Positions 20,197 through 29,397 of a stretch of 62,154 nucleotides of DNA are shown here, in pieces (the first letter of the stretch is position 1; the number at the start of each line of letters is the position of its first letter). The DNA comes from a virus (taxonomy: Duplodnaviria > Caudoviricetes), in the IMG/VR virus record IMGVR_UViG_3300017909_004502, positions 1 through 62,154 of that record. One strand, given 5' to 3'. The notes beneath the pieces were generated by a model. The model worked only from the letters and a program-made list of their open reading frames with translations, did no database searches and was not told the origin of the DNA. Position numbers and translations under genes: made by a program.

Positions 20197-20974
20197 TTAA
20201 CTCCTTGTCAAAATAATGCCACACCCTTGAAACACGTCTTTCACCAAGATAGTATGCATAATGATTTTTGTTTGGATACAAATAATTGTTTTGCTCACCA
20301 ACATGATCCAATCTGTTGACGGACGGCTTGTGATGCAAGAACTTGAACCACTCATAATCAATTAAGTTTTTGTCAGTGGGATCAATTATTCTGTAAGCAA
20401 GAGAGAACACAACATCTGTGCTTGGGTATTGATCATGACAGTTGATAAGCATGGATTTTTTCACTTCGTTCCAGTTTTCTGTGATATGGTTTGCAACATC
20501 AAAGAACTTTTGTGCCCATTTGCTTTTCCTAAAATACATCAAGCCATTGTATAAGTTGGGTAAGCAATTTCTCACGAATAATTTCCTGTATGGTGTGTGC
20601 TTGACTACTTGATCTTTGTAATTTCTACAGTCAACACTGAACACAAGATCATGTTGCCATAAGTGATGCCACCACCAATCAGTGTTTGTCGTCCACAACA
20701 TGTCACTTTCCAATTTTATAGTGTGTGTGAATGGTGTTATATGGAATGCTTTGTATTCGTTTGCCCACTTTGTCTGATGTCCGGCACTGCTGTCTTGCTT
20801 CAGCACCTTGACAAAATCCACCGCTTTATTTTCAAACTTGCTTTTTTCGTCAGTCACAACACAGATTTTGTTTTCCCTATTCCACAACTTGATGCTTTCC
20901 GCCAGTTTTATGCTCAACTCCACATAGTCGGTTTTGTTGTTGTTCTGTGCGAACCATAGGAAACCCTTAGACAT
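20180..20974 (-). CDS. Nucleotide-diphospho-sugar transferase-like protein
   Basis: KGFLWFAQN, TPF..TIKLESDM, FRKS and TD; paralog of 20967-21716. Confidence 0.65.
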   Translation of the reverse strand: MSKGFLWFAQNNNKTDYVELSIKLAESIKLWNRENKICVVTDEKSKFENKAVDFVKVLKQDSSAGHQTKWANEYKAFHITPFTHTIKLESDMLWTTNTDWWWHHLWQHDLVFSVDCRNYKDQVVKHTPYRKLFVRNCLPNLYNGLMYFRKSKWAQKFFDVANHITENWNEVKKSMLINCHDQYPSTDVVFSLAYRIIDPTDKNLIDYEWFKFLHHKPSVNRLDHVGEQNNYLYPNKNHYAYYLGERRVSRVWHYFDKELNVRDI

Positions 20975-21716
20975 CAGCGAACTCCTTGTTTAATATGTGT
21001 ACATCATGATCCGTTGTGTAATTGATCTGATCCTGATACTTCCATGCTATACCTGTGTCACTGATTTTGACCACTTCACAATCAGGAGGCAATGTTGATA
21101 ATGTGATAGGCAATGTATCAAAATCTAAAAATCCATTTGCCTGTTGCAACGCAATCGCAAATGCGTAATCGTTTCTAAAAGACTTGTCATAGATCCTATA
21201 CATCTCATTGAAATAATGATAATACTGTTTCACGTACTTCAATGTGTCAAAAATTCGTTTGGCTTTGTTGCTTTTGCGGAATACAAACACAGTGGCCCAC
21301 ACCATTTCTATCATGCTCCAGCGCCTCTGGTCAAAGGTGTTCCTGCCTGTGAGATCATGTGCGTGTTTGGGTATCAAGAAATCATAATCTGTGTCCAAAA
21401 ATTGTCTAAGGTTATCTGTGAAGGGCAAATAATCGATGTCCATTACCATTGTGGTGTCATAAGGAGACAGTTCATAGGCCAGGTGCCGATCAACGTTGCG
21501 CCATTCCTTGCCCAACTTTGTGTTTCCCAGTTCCGGTTCTACGAATTTGTAATTTATGAAACCCAAAGGTTTAATTTGTTTAAATGTATCGTAATTTGTT
21601 ACTACTGTGATTTGTAACTGAAGATTTTTCTTGATGAGTTCAACACAACGCTCTAGTATCATGTGATACTTCACATCTGCTGTGTCAAAACAAAATAATA
21701 ATACACCTTTGGTCAT
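20967..21716 (-). CDS. Nucleotide-diphospho-sugar transferase-like protein
   Basis: SPYDTTMVMDIDY (DxD), WATV..FRKS, FRNDYAF and H..NK. Confidence 0.7.
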   Translation of the reverse strand: MTKGVLLFCFDTADVKYHMILERCVELIKKNLQLQITVVTNYDTFKQIKPLGFINYKFVEPELGNTKLGKEWRNVDRHLAYELSPYDTTMVMDIDYLPFTDNLRQFLDTDYDFLIPKHAHDLTGRNTFDQRRWSMIEMVWATVFVFRKSNKAKRIFDTLKYVKQYYHYFNEMYRIYDKSFRNDYAFAIALQQANGFLDFDTLPITLSTLPPDCEVVKISDTGIAWKYQDQINYTTDHDVHILNKEFADV

Positions 21717-22033
21717 CAGTCATCTCTTTTTGCAAATGTTTTAGACATTTGATGATACGAACTGATGGCCTCCTGATTTCTCTGTATTAGTGTCTGCAGG
21801 AATTCTGCAGGATTAATAATCTCAACGGGATTGTTATTTGTGTCCAACACAAAGAATTTGTCATGCGTTTCGGAAAGGGTTTTTGTCAGACAAATTGTTT
21901 CTGCATCCGCTCGAAAAATGTGTTCATTGTACACCAATACGAGTCGTGAGTTTGCCTTTTCCAGTGCGTTGCGTTTGGCAATCGCTATGTTGTAGGATAA
22001 ATCTGATTGTTTTTTAAGTTCGCCAATGTCCAT
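21716..22033 (-). CDS. Hypothetical protein, first gene of the tailoring operon
   Basis: ATG 22033 lies 6 nt after a -10 box; coupled to the next gene. Confidence 0.7.
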   Translation of the reverse strand: MDIGELKKQSDLSYNIAIAKRNALEKANSRLVLVYNEHIFRADAETICLTKTLSETHDKFFVLDTNNNPVEIINPAEFLQTLIQRNQEAISSYHQMSKTFAKRDD

Positions 22034-22039
22034 GCCACA

Positions 22040-22068
22040 ATTATACAATAATTATGGTGGTAAATCAA
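22040..22068 (-). promoter_or_regulatory. Sigma70-type promoter of the tailoring operon
   Basis: Minus-strand TTGATT-N17-TATAAT. Confidence 0.7.
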
Positions 22069-22084
22069 CCTGGTAAAAATTTTA

Positions 22085-23044
22085 TTACGATGTTGAGTTA
22101 GAAACCTGTGCGTTGGAACTTGACTGTATTGCCGCCGATAATCCTTGGGCGTTTGTTGGATAAACTTCGATCAGTGCCAATGTCATTCTTGGTGCTTCGT
22201 TTGGATTTGACGGTACTCCAGATGTGTTTGGTGACGTGTAAGTTGTGTCGTCCGCCGCGTCAACCGAATACAATCTAACCGTTATCACTGTAGCCGTACC
22301 AACTGCCGCGTCTAACTTGGCATCAACCTGAACAGTGTTTGAAGTGTATCCCGAGTTGTTAGAAGTCAATTTCAAGATTGTCTGATATGATGTTGATAGA
22401 TCATGGAATCCAAGTGCAAGATTGTTTGTAGTAGTTGTCTCACCTGAACCGGATCTAGTCGATGCTTTGGAACCGATGTCCAAGTTACCGATAGCCGTTG
22501 CTGTCAATTCTGAAAATACTGTGTCTTTTGAACCGGAAATACCTGTAATACAACTAGGATCAACTCTTATTTTGCCGCCTGCGTTGAAGAAGTGTCTCAT
22601 AGCATCAGCACTTGCGAATGTTACAGATCTTTCAATGGTAGAAGTACCATTCCAAGTACCTGAGTTAGTTGAAGATCCAACTGCGTTAGTCGCCGTTGCT
22701 GTTGCTGATGTGCATCCACCTGCAACCGAAGCCGCCAGTGTTGCGAGATCCGCCTCTACTGCTGATTTGATAGCAATAGTGTCTCCTGCTGAAACCTGTG
22801 TTCTTGATGTCAGTGTGTCATTTGTGTGATTTCCGATGTTGTCAATACCAGTTAATAGTGTGTTCCATTGTGATGCAGTGATTGTTGTAGATCCGCCTGA
22901 CACTGTTGCAATGTGTGTTTGTCCTAGACCGTATTCGCCTGAACCTGTGCCAGCGAAATGGTTGTATCCATAAGGACTTGAACTGTTGTTTACGAAAATA
23001 TTGTATTGATCACCTGTTATTGTATCACCTGAAACATATGCCAT
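22085..23044 (-). CDS. Ser/Thr/Gly-rich virion structural protein
   Basis: Starts MAY; motifs GYGLGQ-like, ITASQW and RHFFNAGG; tail-module context. Confidence 0.75.
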   Translation of the reverse strand: MAYVSGDTITGDQYNIFVNNSSSPYGYNHFAGTGSGEYGLGQTHIATVSGGSTTITASQWNTLLTGIDNIGNHTNDTLTSRTQVSAGDTIAIKSAVEADLATLAASVAGGCTSATATATNAVGSSTNSGTWNGTSTIERSVTFASADAMRHFFNAGGKIRVDPSCITGISGSKDTVFSELTATAIGNLDIGSKASTRSGSGETTTTNNLALGFHDLSTSYQTILKLTSNNSGYTSNTVQVDAKLDAAVGTATVITVRLYSVDAADDTTYTSPNTSGVPSNPNEAPRMTLALIEVYPTNAQGLSAAIQSSSNAQVSNSTS

Positions 23045-23045
23045 T

Positions 23046-24671
23046 TTATTTAACTCCTATTACACACTCTGTTAGTTGCGTTTCTACGTTGTATTTATCC
23101 TTGATCAGCCTTCCCAGCACGTTAAAAGCGGTACATTCGTCAAGATCTGCCACTTTTGCCTCACCGTTGCCGGCTGAAACCAAGCGATCTCCTGCCTTGC
23201 CTGTGCCCTTTAATTTAACAAAAACACGCCCTTTCATTGCTATCATGGGGTGTGATTCGTTATTGCCTGCTTGGGCATTCATTAGGAATGCTGGTGATTC
23301 GGATACCACACCAAACACAGCATCGTCAAGTTCTTTTGTGCATTTTGTGACTTCAGCATGTCCGCCCAATATCACTACATCTCCCACTTGCAGAGGAATG
23401 TCCGAAGCATATCTCTCCGCCAAGTCCGCGTACTGTGCCGATGTTGATGTCGCGTGTACCACGTTGGCCCTAACGTCCACCAAAGTGGGTGCTGACATCT
23501 CATCGCCTCCACCAGATTTGAACGCTGTCCAGGCTCCGCCCGCATTTCCAAATATTGTTGTGCCGTCATCTGCGAAGGTCTCGTCCCATACCCAGTATAG
23601 ATCCTGTTCTGTTGCAGACGATGTTTCGCCCCTGTTGACTTTTAATCCTGTATAGTTTGGCATTCCGGAATTGGATGATATATTTCTGTTTAATTCTATT
23701 ATGTTGTCCTCAACAGACAATGTTGTTGTGTTCATCACAGTGTTTGTTCCGTCTACTGTCAAGTTTCCAACTCTTAAATTTTCAATCCTACCCGTTGATC
23801 CTTTTATACGCAATGCTTCTTTTGTTGTACCACCATCATTTACAGTGAAAATTATGTCTTTGTCTTGGGTGGTTTGGGCGATAGTGAAATCATCACTGCT
23901 CAGAGTCATAGTCACGTCCTGACCTGCACCTATTCTTATACCATCATCACTTTGGAATGAAACACGTGCAGTAGTTGTATCCTCGATATTAGATCTTAGA
24001 TAGTTTGCCGCGGCAACACCTCCCAGTGCATCTGAATCTGTTGCTGTGCCTCTAAATTTTGCAGAGGCCACCGAACTTGACAGTTGTAGACCTTGTGCTA
24101 CAGAACTGAAACCTGCTGTGATCAATGCCGCACCTGCTGTTTCTGTCGAACTTGGTGTAAATGCTACGTTGGAAACCACACCAACCACGGAGTCGTTTAC
24201 AACTAATTTTAATATGGATCTTGCAACACCTGTGTTGTCTTCAGGTGCTTCTGTGACCACCTGTGTCACTCCCGATCCAGCAACTGTTGTTGGTCCAATC
24301 AGTGTCCATGATGCACCTGAGTACACATACAACTGATTATTTGCTGTGTCAAACCATGTGTCACCTTGCACTGCATTTGTAGGTGATGTAGCAGAGTTTG
24401 TGGAACTACCAACTGGCTTCCATTTATCTCCAGACCATACTTTTAATTGTTTGTTTGTTTTATCAAACCATAATTGTCCCTGCTGTTTGTTTGTAGGAGC
24501 AGTGGTGTTGTTGAAATTCTCTAGGAGTGCAACAAAGTTTTCATTTAATTTTTCACCAAATCCCGCATAACCTTTTCCAAAAAGCGATAAATCAGTTGTG
24601 GCAGTGTCTATCGTGCCGTCTGCAAGTGTGACCAATAAGGTCCCAAAGGTGTTGTTTATTTTGTAAGCCAT
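23046..24671 (-). CDS. Tail fibre-like protein with C-terminal peptidase G2-like intramolecular chaperone
   Basis: N-terminus GKGYAGFGE..ENF..LLENF is shared with paralogs. C-terminus has SAQYADLAE..GVVS..PAFLMN..GRV..GD.L. Confidence 0.75.
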   Translation of the reverse strand: MAYKINNTFGTLLVTLADGTIDTATTDLSLFGKGYAGFGEKLNENFVALLENFNNTTAPTNKQQGQLWFDKTNKQLKVWSGDKWKPVGSSTNSATSPTNAVQGDTWFDTANNQLYVYSGASWTLIGPTTVAGSGVTQVVTEAPEDNTGVARSILKLVVNDSVVGVVSNVAFTPSSTETAGAALITAGFSSVAQGLQLSSSVASAKFRGTATDSDALGGVAAANYLRSNIEDTTTARVSFQSDDGIRIGAGQDVTMTLSSDDFTIAQTTQDKDIIFTVNDGGTTKEALRIKGSTGRIENLRVGNLTVDGTNTVMNTTTLSVEDNIIELNRNISSNSGMPNYTGLKVNRGETSSATEQDLYWVWDETFADDGTTIFGNAGGAWTAFKSGGGDEMSAPTLVDVRANVVHATSTSAQYADLAERYASDIPLQVGDVVILGGHAEVTKCTKELDDAVFGVVSESPAFLMNAQAGNNESHPMIAMKGRVFVKLKGTGKAGDRLVSAGNGEAKVADLDECTAFNVLGRLIKDKYNVETQLTECVIGVK

Positions 24672-24676
24672 AAATT

Positions 24677-24853
24677 TTAGTTAGATTTATTGTCTCTTAC
24701 TTCTGTAAGAAAACTTACATCTCCCACTAATTTGATTAATATCTCAGCCAATTCAGGATTAAGCATTTGATCTATTTTTGCTTCTTCCTCAGCGGTCCAA
24801 ACGGACTCGTAATTTGCGTTGATATAGTCTGCGACTTCTTGTTTTGTTGCCAT
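24677..24853 (-). CDS. Small acidic 58-aa protein (not in ORF track)
   Basis: MATKQEVADYINANY...EVRDNKSN, with an AAGGAG RBS and ATAAATA upstream. Confidence 0.75.
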   Translation of the reverse strand: MATKQEVADYINANYESVWTAEEEAKIDQMLNPELAEILIKLVGDVSFLTEVRDNKSN

Positions 24854-24872
24854 GTAAATGTACTCCTTATGC

Positions 24873-25337
24873 TTATTTATTATGCTTTTCTATCTGCTCA
24901 TCATCAGATATCCAAGTTAAATCATTTGTGTATTTGCCGTCTAAATCACGCAAAAACGTTTTGACATTGCTCTCTGTCAATACAAATTGATGGTATTTTT
25001 CGTATCTTTTGTGCAGTGCTTGTTCTTTGGTGGCTGTATACACCAGTTTTAAATCCTTTTCCAGAGCCATAGACATTATGTTATCAATGCATAATTTTAA
25101 CGCTTCATGCACTTTACGTGAGTCTGCGTGTTTATCAGTCACAATCCATTCCATGAAACCAAACTGTGTGCCCTCTCCAACATATAGTCCTCCTGCACAG
25201 ATAGGTTTGTCTTCATGTATAATCATTATTCCATCCGGTGGCAGACACTCCATGGGCACAACACCAAATTCCCAGTCTTCCCACCACTGTTTTAGGGTGT
25301 CATAATCAGTTTGCCTGTTCCAATTCCTAACTAACAT
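24873..25337 (-). CDS. GNAT-like acyltransferase
   Basis: LP.DG, ICAGGLY, MEWIVTD and Y....F pattern; size typical of a GNAT. Confidence 0.6.
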   Translation of the reverse strand: MLVRNWNRQTDYDTLKQWWEDWEFGVVPMECLPPDGIMIIHEDKPICAGGLYVGEGTQFGFMEWIVTDKHADSRKVHEALKLCIDNIMSMALEKDLKLVYTATKEQALHKRYEKYHQFVLTESNVKTFLRDLDGKYTNDLTWISDDEQIEKHNK

Positions 25338-25902
25338 TTTTCTGTATCACTATCTTGTTGACGTTGAAAGACGATTCAAAGCAATATTTCACAGCATCAG
25401 CAACTTCTTCCGTTTTTAACTTTGGTAAATTTTGCCACATGCCTTTTATCATGTCTGTGTCCACAACATCCGGACAGACATCGTAAACCGACAAAGGTTT
25501 ATTGAACAAATCTTGTTGCATATCACTTATGTAACCAATAAGTTGTTTCTTGTTGGCACAATAAGTTTTGTATTCTGCATTGTCTATGTCTTCGTCAATA
25601 CCAGATTCCGTACCAGATGTGCTTGTAATAACAGCAATTTTCTTTGGAACACTATGAAATGCCGTGTACATTTTTTTTAACATTTCAAATTGTGCTGTGC
25701 CGGAATATGCGTTCAACACAACTAGATCACAATCATGCAAAGCATCTATTATCTTTGTTTGGTCTTTTGCAATATCATAACCGTTGCTTCGGCTAAATCC
25801 CATAACTTCATATCCGTTGTTCTTGTATAAAGAAGCAACTGCCTTGCCTATGCCTTTGGTATGTCCTATTATTGCAATTTTATTTTTGTTTTCTTTTTTC
25901 AT
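25327..25902 (-). CDS. Short-chain dehydrogenase/reductase
   Basis: Motifs GHTKGIG, LNA, YCANK (YxxxK) and P.VVDT.M. Confidence 0.85.
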   Translation of the reverse strand: MKKENKNKIAIIGHTKGIGKAVASLYKNNGYEVMGFSRSNGYDIAKDQTKIIDALHDCDLVVLNAYSGTAQFEMLKKMYTAFHSVPKKIAVITSTSGTESGIDEDIDNAEYKTYCANKKQLIGYISDMQQDLFNKPLSVYDVCPDVVDTDMIKGMWQNLPKLKTEEVADAVKYCFESSFNVNKIVIQKNVS

Positions 25903-26548
25903 AAGTGTCTACTAGATTTTCAAGTCCTTCAAAACATTCATTATAATTTTTGTAATATGCATTAAATTTTTCTTCAGTGTACTCCAGTTCTTTAAAAAAA
26001 TCTATTAACAATGTGGTTCGTTCTTTTGGATTGTTGTTAAATCCGTTATGCAATTGAAGTGCAGGTTGGAATATGTATGCTTCTCCTGTCTTCCATGTGT
26101 ATAGTTCCTGCTTGTTTGTTTCCAAATTCATGACATACATTCCACTTTGATCTCCACCGCCGTCATCAAGGCACAATTGATATCGCCAACCGCCCTCATT
26201 GTCGGTATGATTTCCTATTTTTGTATCCGGACCCACTGTCATTATTGCTACATTTGTTTTGTAAGGAAATTTCCTAAGTATAGAATACAACATCGGATAG
26301 TCGTTAAAGTCCTGTCCTTCATGATCCCCTGCTTGTATGCCCAACGCTTTCCATTGGCCATGTACATAATCTCCAGAACGATCATCAAAGTCTTCTGGTA
26401 GTCCTCTTACACTGTCAGAAAAATCCTCTGGATCTAAAAAAGTCTTATCAGGTTGTGTGTCAAATTCGTGCTTGATGTCGGACCAATGTTTTTCCAATTG
26501 CCGAAAACATTCGCCCTGTTGTCCGTGGTAAAATGATTTATGAAGCAT
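25880..26548 (-). CDS. Asp/Asn beta-hydroxylase-like 2OG-Fe(II) oxygenase
   Basis: P.T.I..HTD, W..GE, HNGFN and R..LLID. Confidence 0.8.
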   Translation of the reverse strand: MLHKSFYHGQQGECFRQLEKHWSDIKHEFDTQPDKTFLDPEDFSDSVRGLPEDFDDRSGDYVHGQWKALGIQAGDHEGQDFNDYPMLYSILRKFPYKTNVAIMTVGPDTKIGNHTDNEGGWRYQLCLDDGGGDQSGMYVMNLETNKQELYTWKTGEAYIFQPALQLHNGFNNNPKERTTLLIDFFKELEYTEEKFNAYYKNYNECFEGLENLVDTYEKRKQK

Positions 26549-27968
26549 TCAGTATATTAACATTTTTATCATGTATTTGTCTATCATGATCCTGCCAATT
26601 ACTGAAAAATTCTTCTCCGTGATTTACTAGTTCTTGCTGTTCGCTCAATTCAAAGTAATCTGTGAATTCTATTCCGTTGATTATAATTCTTCTGTTCTCA
26701 GAACCAAACACATACACAATGGCATCATCACTGCCCAATGAAATTCCTTTTTTGCTGTTTTCAACTCTAGTCCAGTTGCCATCTTCTTTGACCATGTGTG
26801 TTCCTGAAACTTGTATTCCTTGGTAATCATACAAATTATTGATTAAGAATTTACCAGTGGCAAAAACTTTTCCACCAACAGCAACACTGTCGCCTATGTC
26901 CACTGTCTCAACCGCTTTCTGTGAGCCATCCGCCATTGTTATCATTGTGCCGGCTATGAAACAACCACCGCCAGATCCACCCGATCCAGATGAACTGCTA
27001 CCAACAGAATCGCCGAAACCTGATGCTGTCGATATAAAGTCCACACCCGAGTTAAACAATGCTTTCCATACTCCGCCAACTTTGTAATAACCTGCCGTCA
27101 CACGCTTCCATGCTCCAGACACTTTATAGTACATGTCATTGACCGACTTCCATGCACCTGACACTTTGTAATTCGCTTGAACACTTATGTTGAAAACCAC
27201 AACTGCCAGACCATTACCGCCAGAACTACTTGGATTACCGCCTACAGCAACTCCGCTTTGATATTGGCTTAGGCCTGTTCCACCGGGTGTAACTCCCGAT
27301 CCGTTGTTTTCTGTACCACCGGTCTGCACAAGATTGCTTCCGGAACGTCCGCCAGTACCACCGTTGTCGCCAGATCCACCATTTCCTGATATACCTCCAG
27401 CGGCACCTCCGCCACCAGCACCGCCACCGCCACCATCTCCTGTGTGGTCCTTGCCGTTTTCTCCCAGTGTTGCTGGAGAATTTGCTGTTGCTGAATTCGT
27501 GTTGATTCCTGCTGTACCGTTTGAACTTTTTCCCGCACCTGCTCCGGAACCGCCACCGCCTGCTATGTGTGTCGCTGAGCCGTCTATAAAGACAACTGTT
27601 GCACCACCGGCACCACCGCCTGAACCTGAATATGGTCTAGGACCTGCGTTTCCGCCTCGGCCGCCTGAATACCCTGTTTTGCTTTTTCCGTTTGGTCCAC
27701 CCGGTGCACCACCTCCCGATGATCCGCCGCCACCTCCGCCACCGACTGCGACTTCCAGTGTTGTGCCAATTTTGTCCGATGCTATTGCATATGCTGTGTG
27801 TACCACATGATGTCCGGCCGCTCCTACGCCACCAGGACCACCAGCATCAGAACTTCCGCCACCTCCGGCACCGCCCCATAGATATAAGTCTACAGAGGTT
27901 GTTCCTGGTGGTATAGTTGCTTGTTGAAGTGTTCCAGTGTAAAGAAACGTTTTAGTGACTGTGGCCAT
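26538..27968 (-). CDS. Glycine-rich virion protein with C-terminal Hint domain
   Basis: LWGGAGGG polyglycine domain, three KVxGxWK repeats, GG|CFIAGTMITMADGS (Hint block A) and SGTH (block B). Confidence 0.8.
   Translation of the reverse strand: MATVTKTFLYTGTLQQATIPPGTTSVDLYLWGGAGGGGSSDAGGPGGVGAAGHHVVHTAYAIASDKIGTTLEVAVGGGGGGGSSGGGAPGGPNGKSKTGYSGGRGGNAGPRPYSGSGGGAGGATVVFIDGSATHIAGGGGSGAGAGKSSNGTAGINTNSATANSPATLGENGKDHTGDGGGGGAGGGGAAGGISGNGGSGDNGGTGGRSGSNLVQTGGTENNGSGVTPGGTGLSQYQSGVAVGGNPSSSGGNGLAVVVFNISVQANYKVSGAWKSVNDMYYKVSGAWKRVTAGYYKVGGVWKALFNSGVDFISTASGFGDSVGSSSSGSGGSGGGCFIAGTMITMADGSQKAVETVDIGDSVAVGGKVFATGKFLINNLYDYQGIQVSGTHMVKEDGNWTRVENSKKGISLGSDDAIVYVFGSENRRIIINGIEFTDYFELSEQQELVNHGEEFFSNWQDHDRQIHDKNVNILNAS
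27061..27171 (-). repeat. Three tandem YKVxGxWK peptide repeats
   Basis: YKVSGAWK, YKVSGAWK and YKVGGVWK at a 14-aa period. Confidence 0.8.
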
Positions 27969-27972
27969 GGGA

Positions 27973-29388
27973 TTAAGCCTCCCTTACGAACCAGAAGTCT
28001 CCGTCATTTCCGTCACCCGATGTAGGTGCGGAAGTTGAGACAGTCTTTTCTGATCCGCCCCATTTTTCACCGAATGTAACCACGGCACCAATGGTTGGTA
28101 CGTTAGTGTTTGTTGTGTCGCCTTCTGCTATTGTGCCCACTGCCGCCAAAGTAGCGGTTGTAACTTTTAAATTTCCTGCCGCGGTAGTTTTTAAAACTTT
28201 TTCTTTGTTTGCGTCACCGTCTGCCACCGCATCTGAAAGTCTAATAACCTGTGAATATGTGCCACCTTGACCTGCTGACCAATAGTTCTCAGAAACATCA
28301 TAGAACATTCTTGCGTCATCTGTGTCACCGGTCTCTACTATCATACCAGAATCAACTTCACTGTTTCCGTTGTTCAATTTAATAAAAGCATCGTCATACG
28401 TTGACACATTAGATGTTGAAGCATTGTACTCACCTGTGATGTTCAAGTTACCTGTGATAGTCACATCACCTGTAAGTGCAATAGCACCTGTTGAACCAGT
28501 GAACGCCAATGGTGTTTTTGTTGTGCCACCATCATTGATTGTGAAACTTAAATTTTTATCTTCTGCCGTTTGTGCAAGAGTTACGTTATTGCTTGATACC
28601 GATATTGTTAATTCTTGTGCGCCACCAATGATCACTCCGGTGTCGTTGTCCACAGTCAACGCTCCTGTTGTAGTGTCAGATGCATCTGCTCTTAAAAAAT
28701 TACCTCCAGCGATCAATGTTGCAGAATCGTTGGTAGTGCTTGAAACATCTATCGCCGATGCCTGTGTGTTTGTTCCATCAAATACAGCACCCAAAGTTGA
28801 GTTCAATGTCAAACCTGCTTTGATTGTGGCAAATCCTGATTGAGATGCACTAGGTGTGAATGTCTCTTTGGATAATATTGCTACCCTTGTTCCGCCAGCA
28901 TACATGGACGCAACAACCTTGTTACCTCCAGAACTTGCTAGTGTTTCTATTTCCCAACCCGAACGTGTTTGTCCTGCTGTGAAAACCGGACCAATTAATT
29001 CCCATTTGTCGTGTGTTTGATGTGCTCTTGTATCTCCTGTGTAAACGAACACTTGATCATTTGTTGCATCCAACCAGAGATCGCCCGCAGTTGGGTTGGT
29101 TGGTTTAGTAGCAGATGATTGTGCTCCGCCTGTTGGTTCAAATGAAGTGCCATCATAAACTTTTAATGAATTTGTGTTTGTGTCGAACCAAAGTTCACCT
29201 CTCAAAGGTGCAGTTGGTTGTGATGTTGATGCTGAGTTTTCAAGTAGTTTTACAAGGTCCTCATTCAAAAGTTCCCCGAAACCTGAATAACTTTTTCCAA
29301 AAAGTGTTAAACTTGTTGACGTGTCGATAGTGCCATCTGTGATTGTAGCAATTACCGTTCCGTCTGTTTTGTTGATTGTGTACGCCAT
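27973..29388 (-). CDS. Tail fibre-like protein (paralog)
   Basis: MAYTINKTDG..GKSYSGFGE..LLEN; C-terminal APT..DG.DGDFW. Confidence 0.75.
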   Translation of the reverse strand: MAYTINKTDGTVIATITDGTIDTSTSLTLFGKSYSGFGELLNEDLVKLLENSASTSQPTAPLRGELWFDTNTNSLKVYDGTSFEPTGGAQSSATKPTNPTAGDLWLDATNDQVFVYTGDTRAHQTHDKWELIGPVFTAGQTRSGWEIETLASSGGNKVVASMYAGGTRVAILSKETFTPSASQSGFATIKAGLTLNSTLGAVFDGTNTQASAIDVSSTTNDSATLIAGGNFLRADASDTTTGALTVDNDTGVIIGGAQELTISVSSNNVTLAQTAEDKNLSFTINDGGTTKTPLAFTGSTGAIALTGDVTITGNLNITGEYNASTSNVSTYDDAFIKLNNGNSEVDSGMIVETGDTDDARMFYDVSENYWSAGQGGTYSQVIRLSDAVADGDANKEKVLKTTAAGNLKVTTATLAAVGTIAEGDTTNTNVPTIGAVVTFGEKWGGSEKTVSTSAPTSGDGNDGDFWFVREA

Positions 29389-29397
29389 TTGCTATAT

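Noticed and set aside
26655-26963. Classical splicing intein
   Set aside because: There is no terminal His-Asn followed by Cys/Ser/Thr and no endonuclease, so it is treated as a cleaving Hint domain.
27270-27880. CCG/CCA-rich repeats suggesting an array or a Pro-rich + strand gene
   Set aside because: They are explained by glycine codons of the minus-strand gene; there is no repeat-spacer structure.
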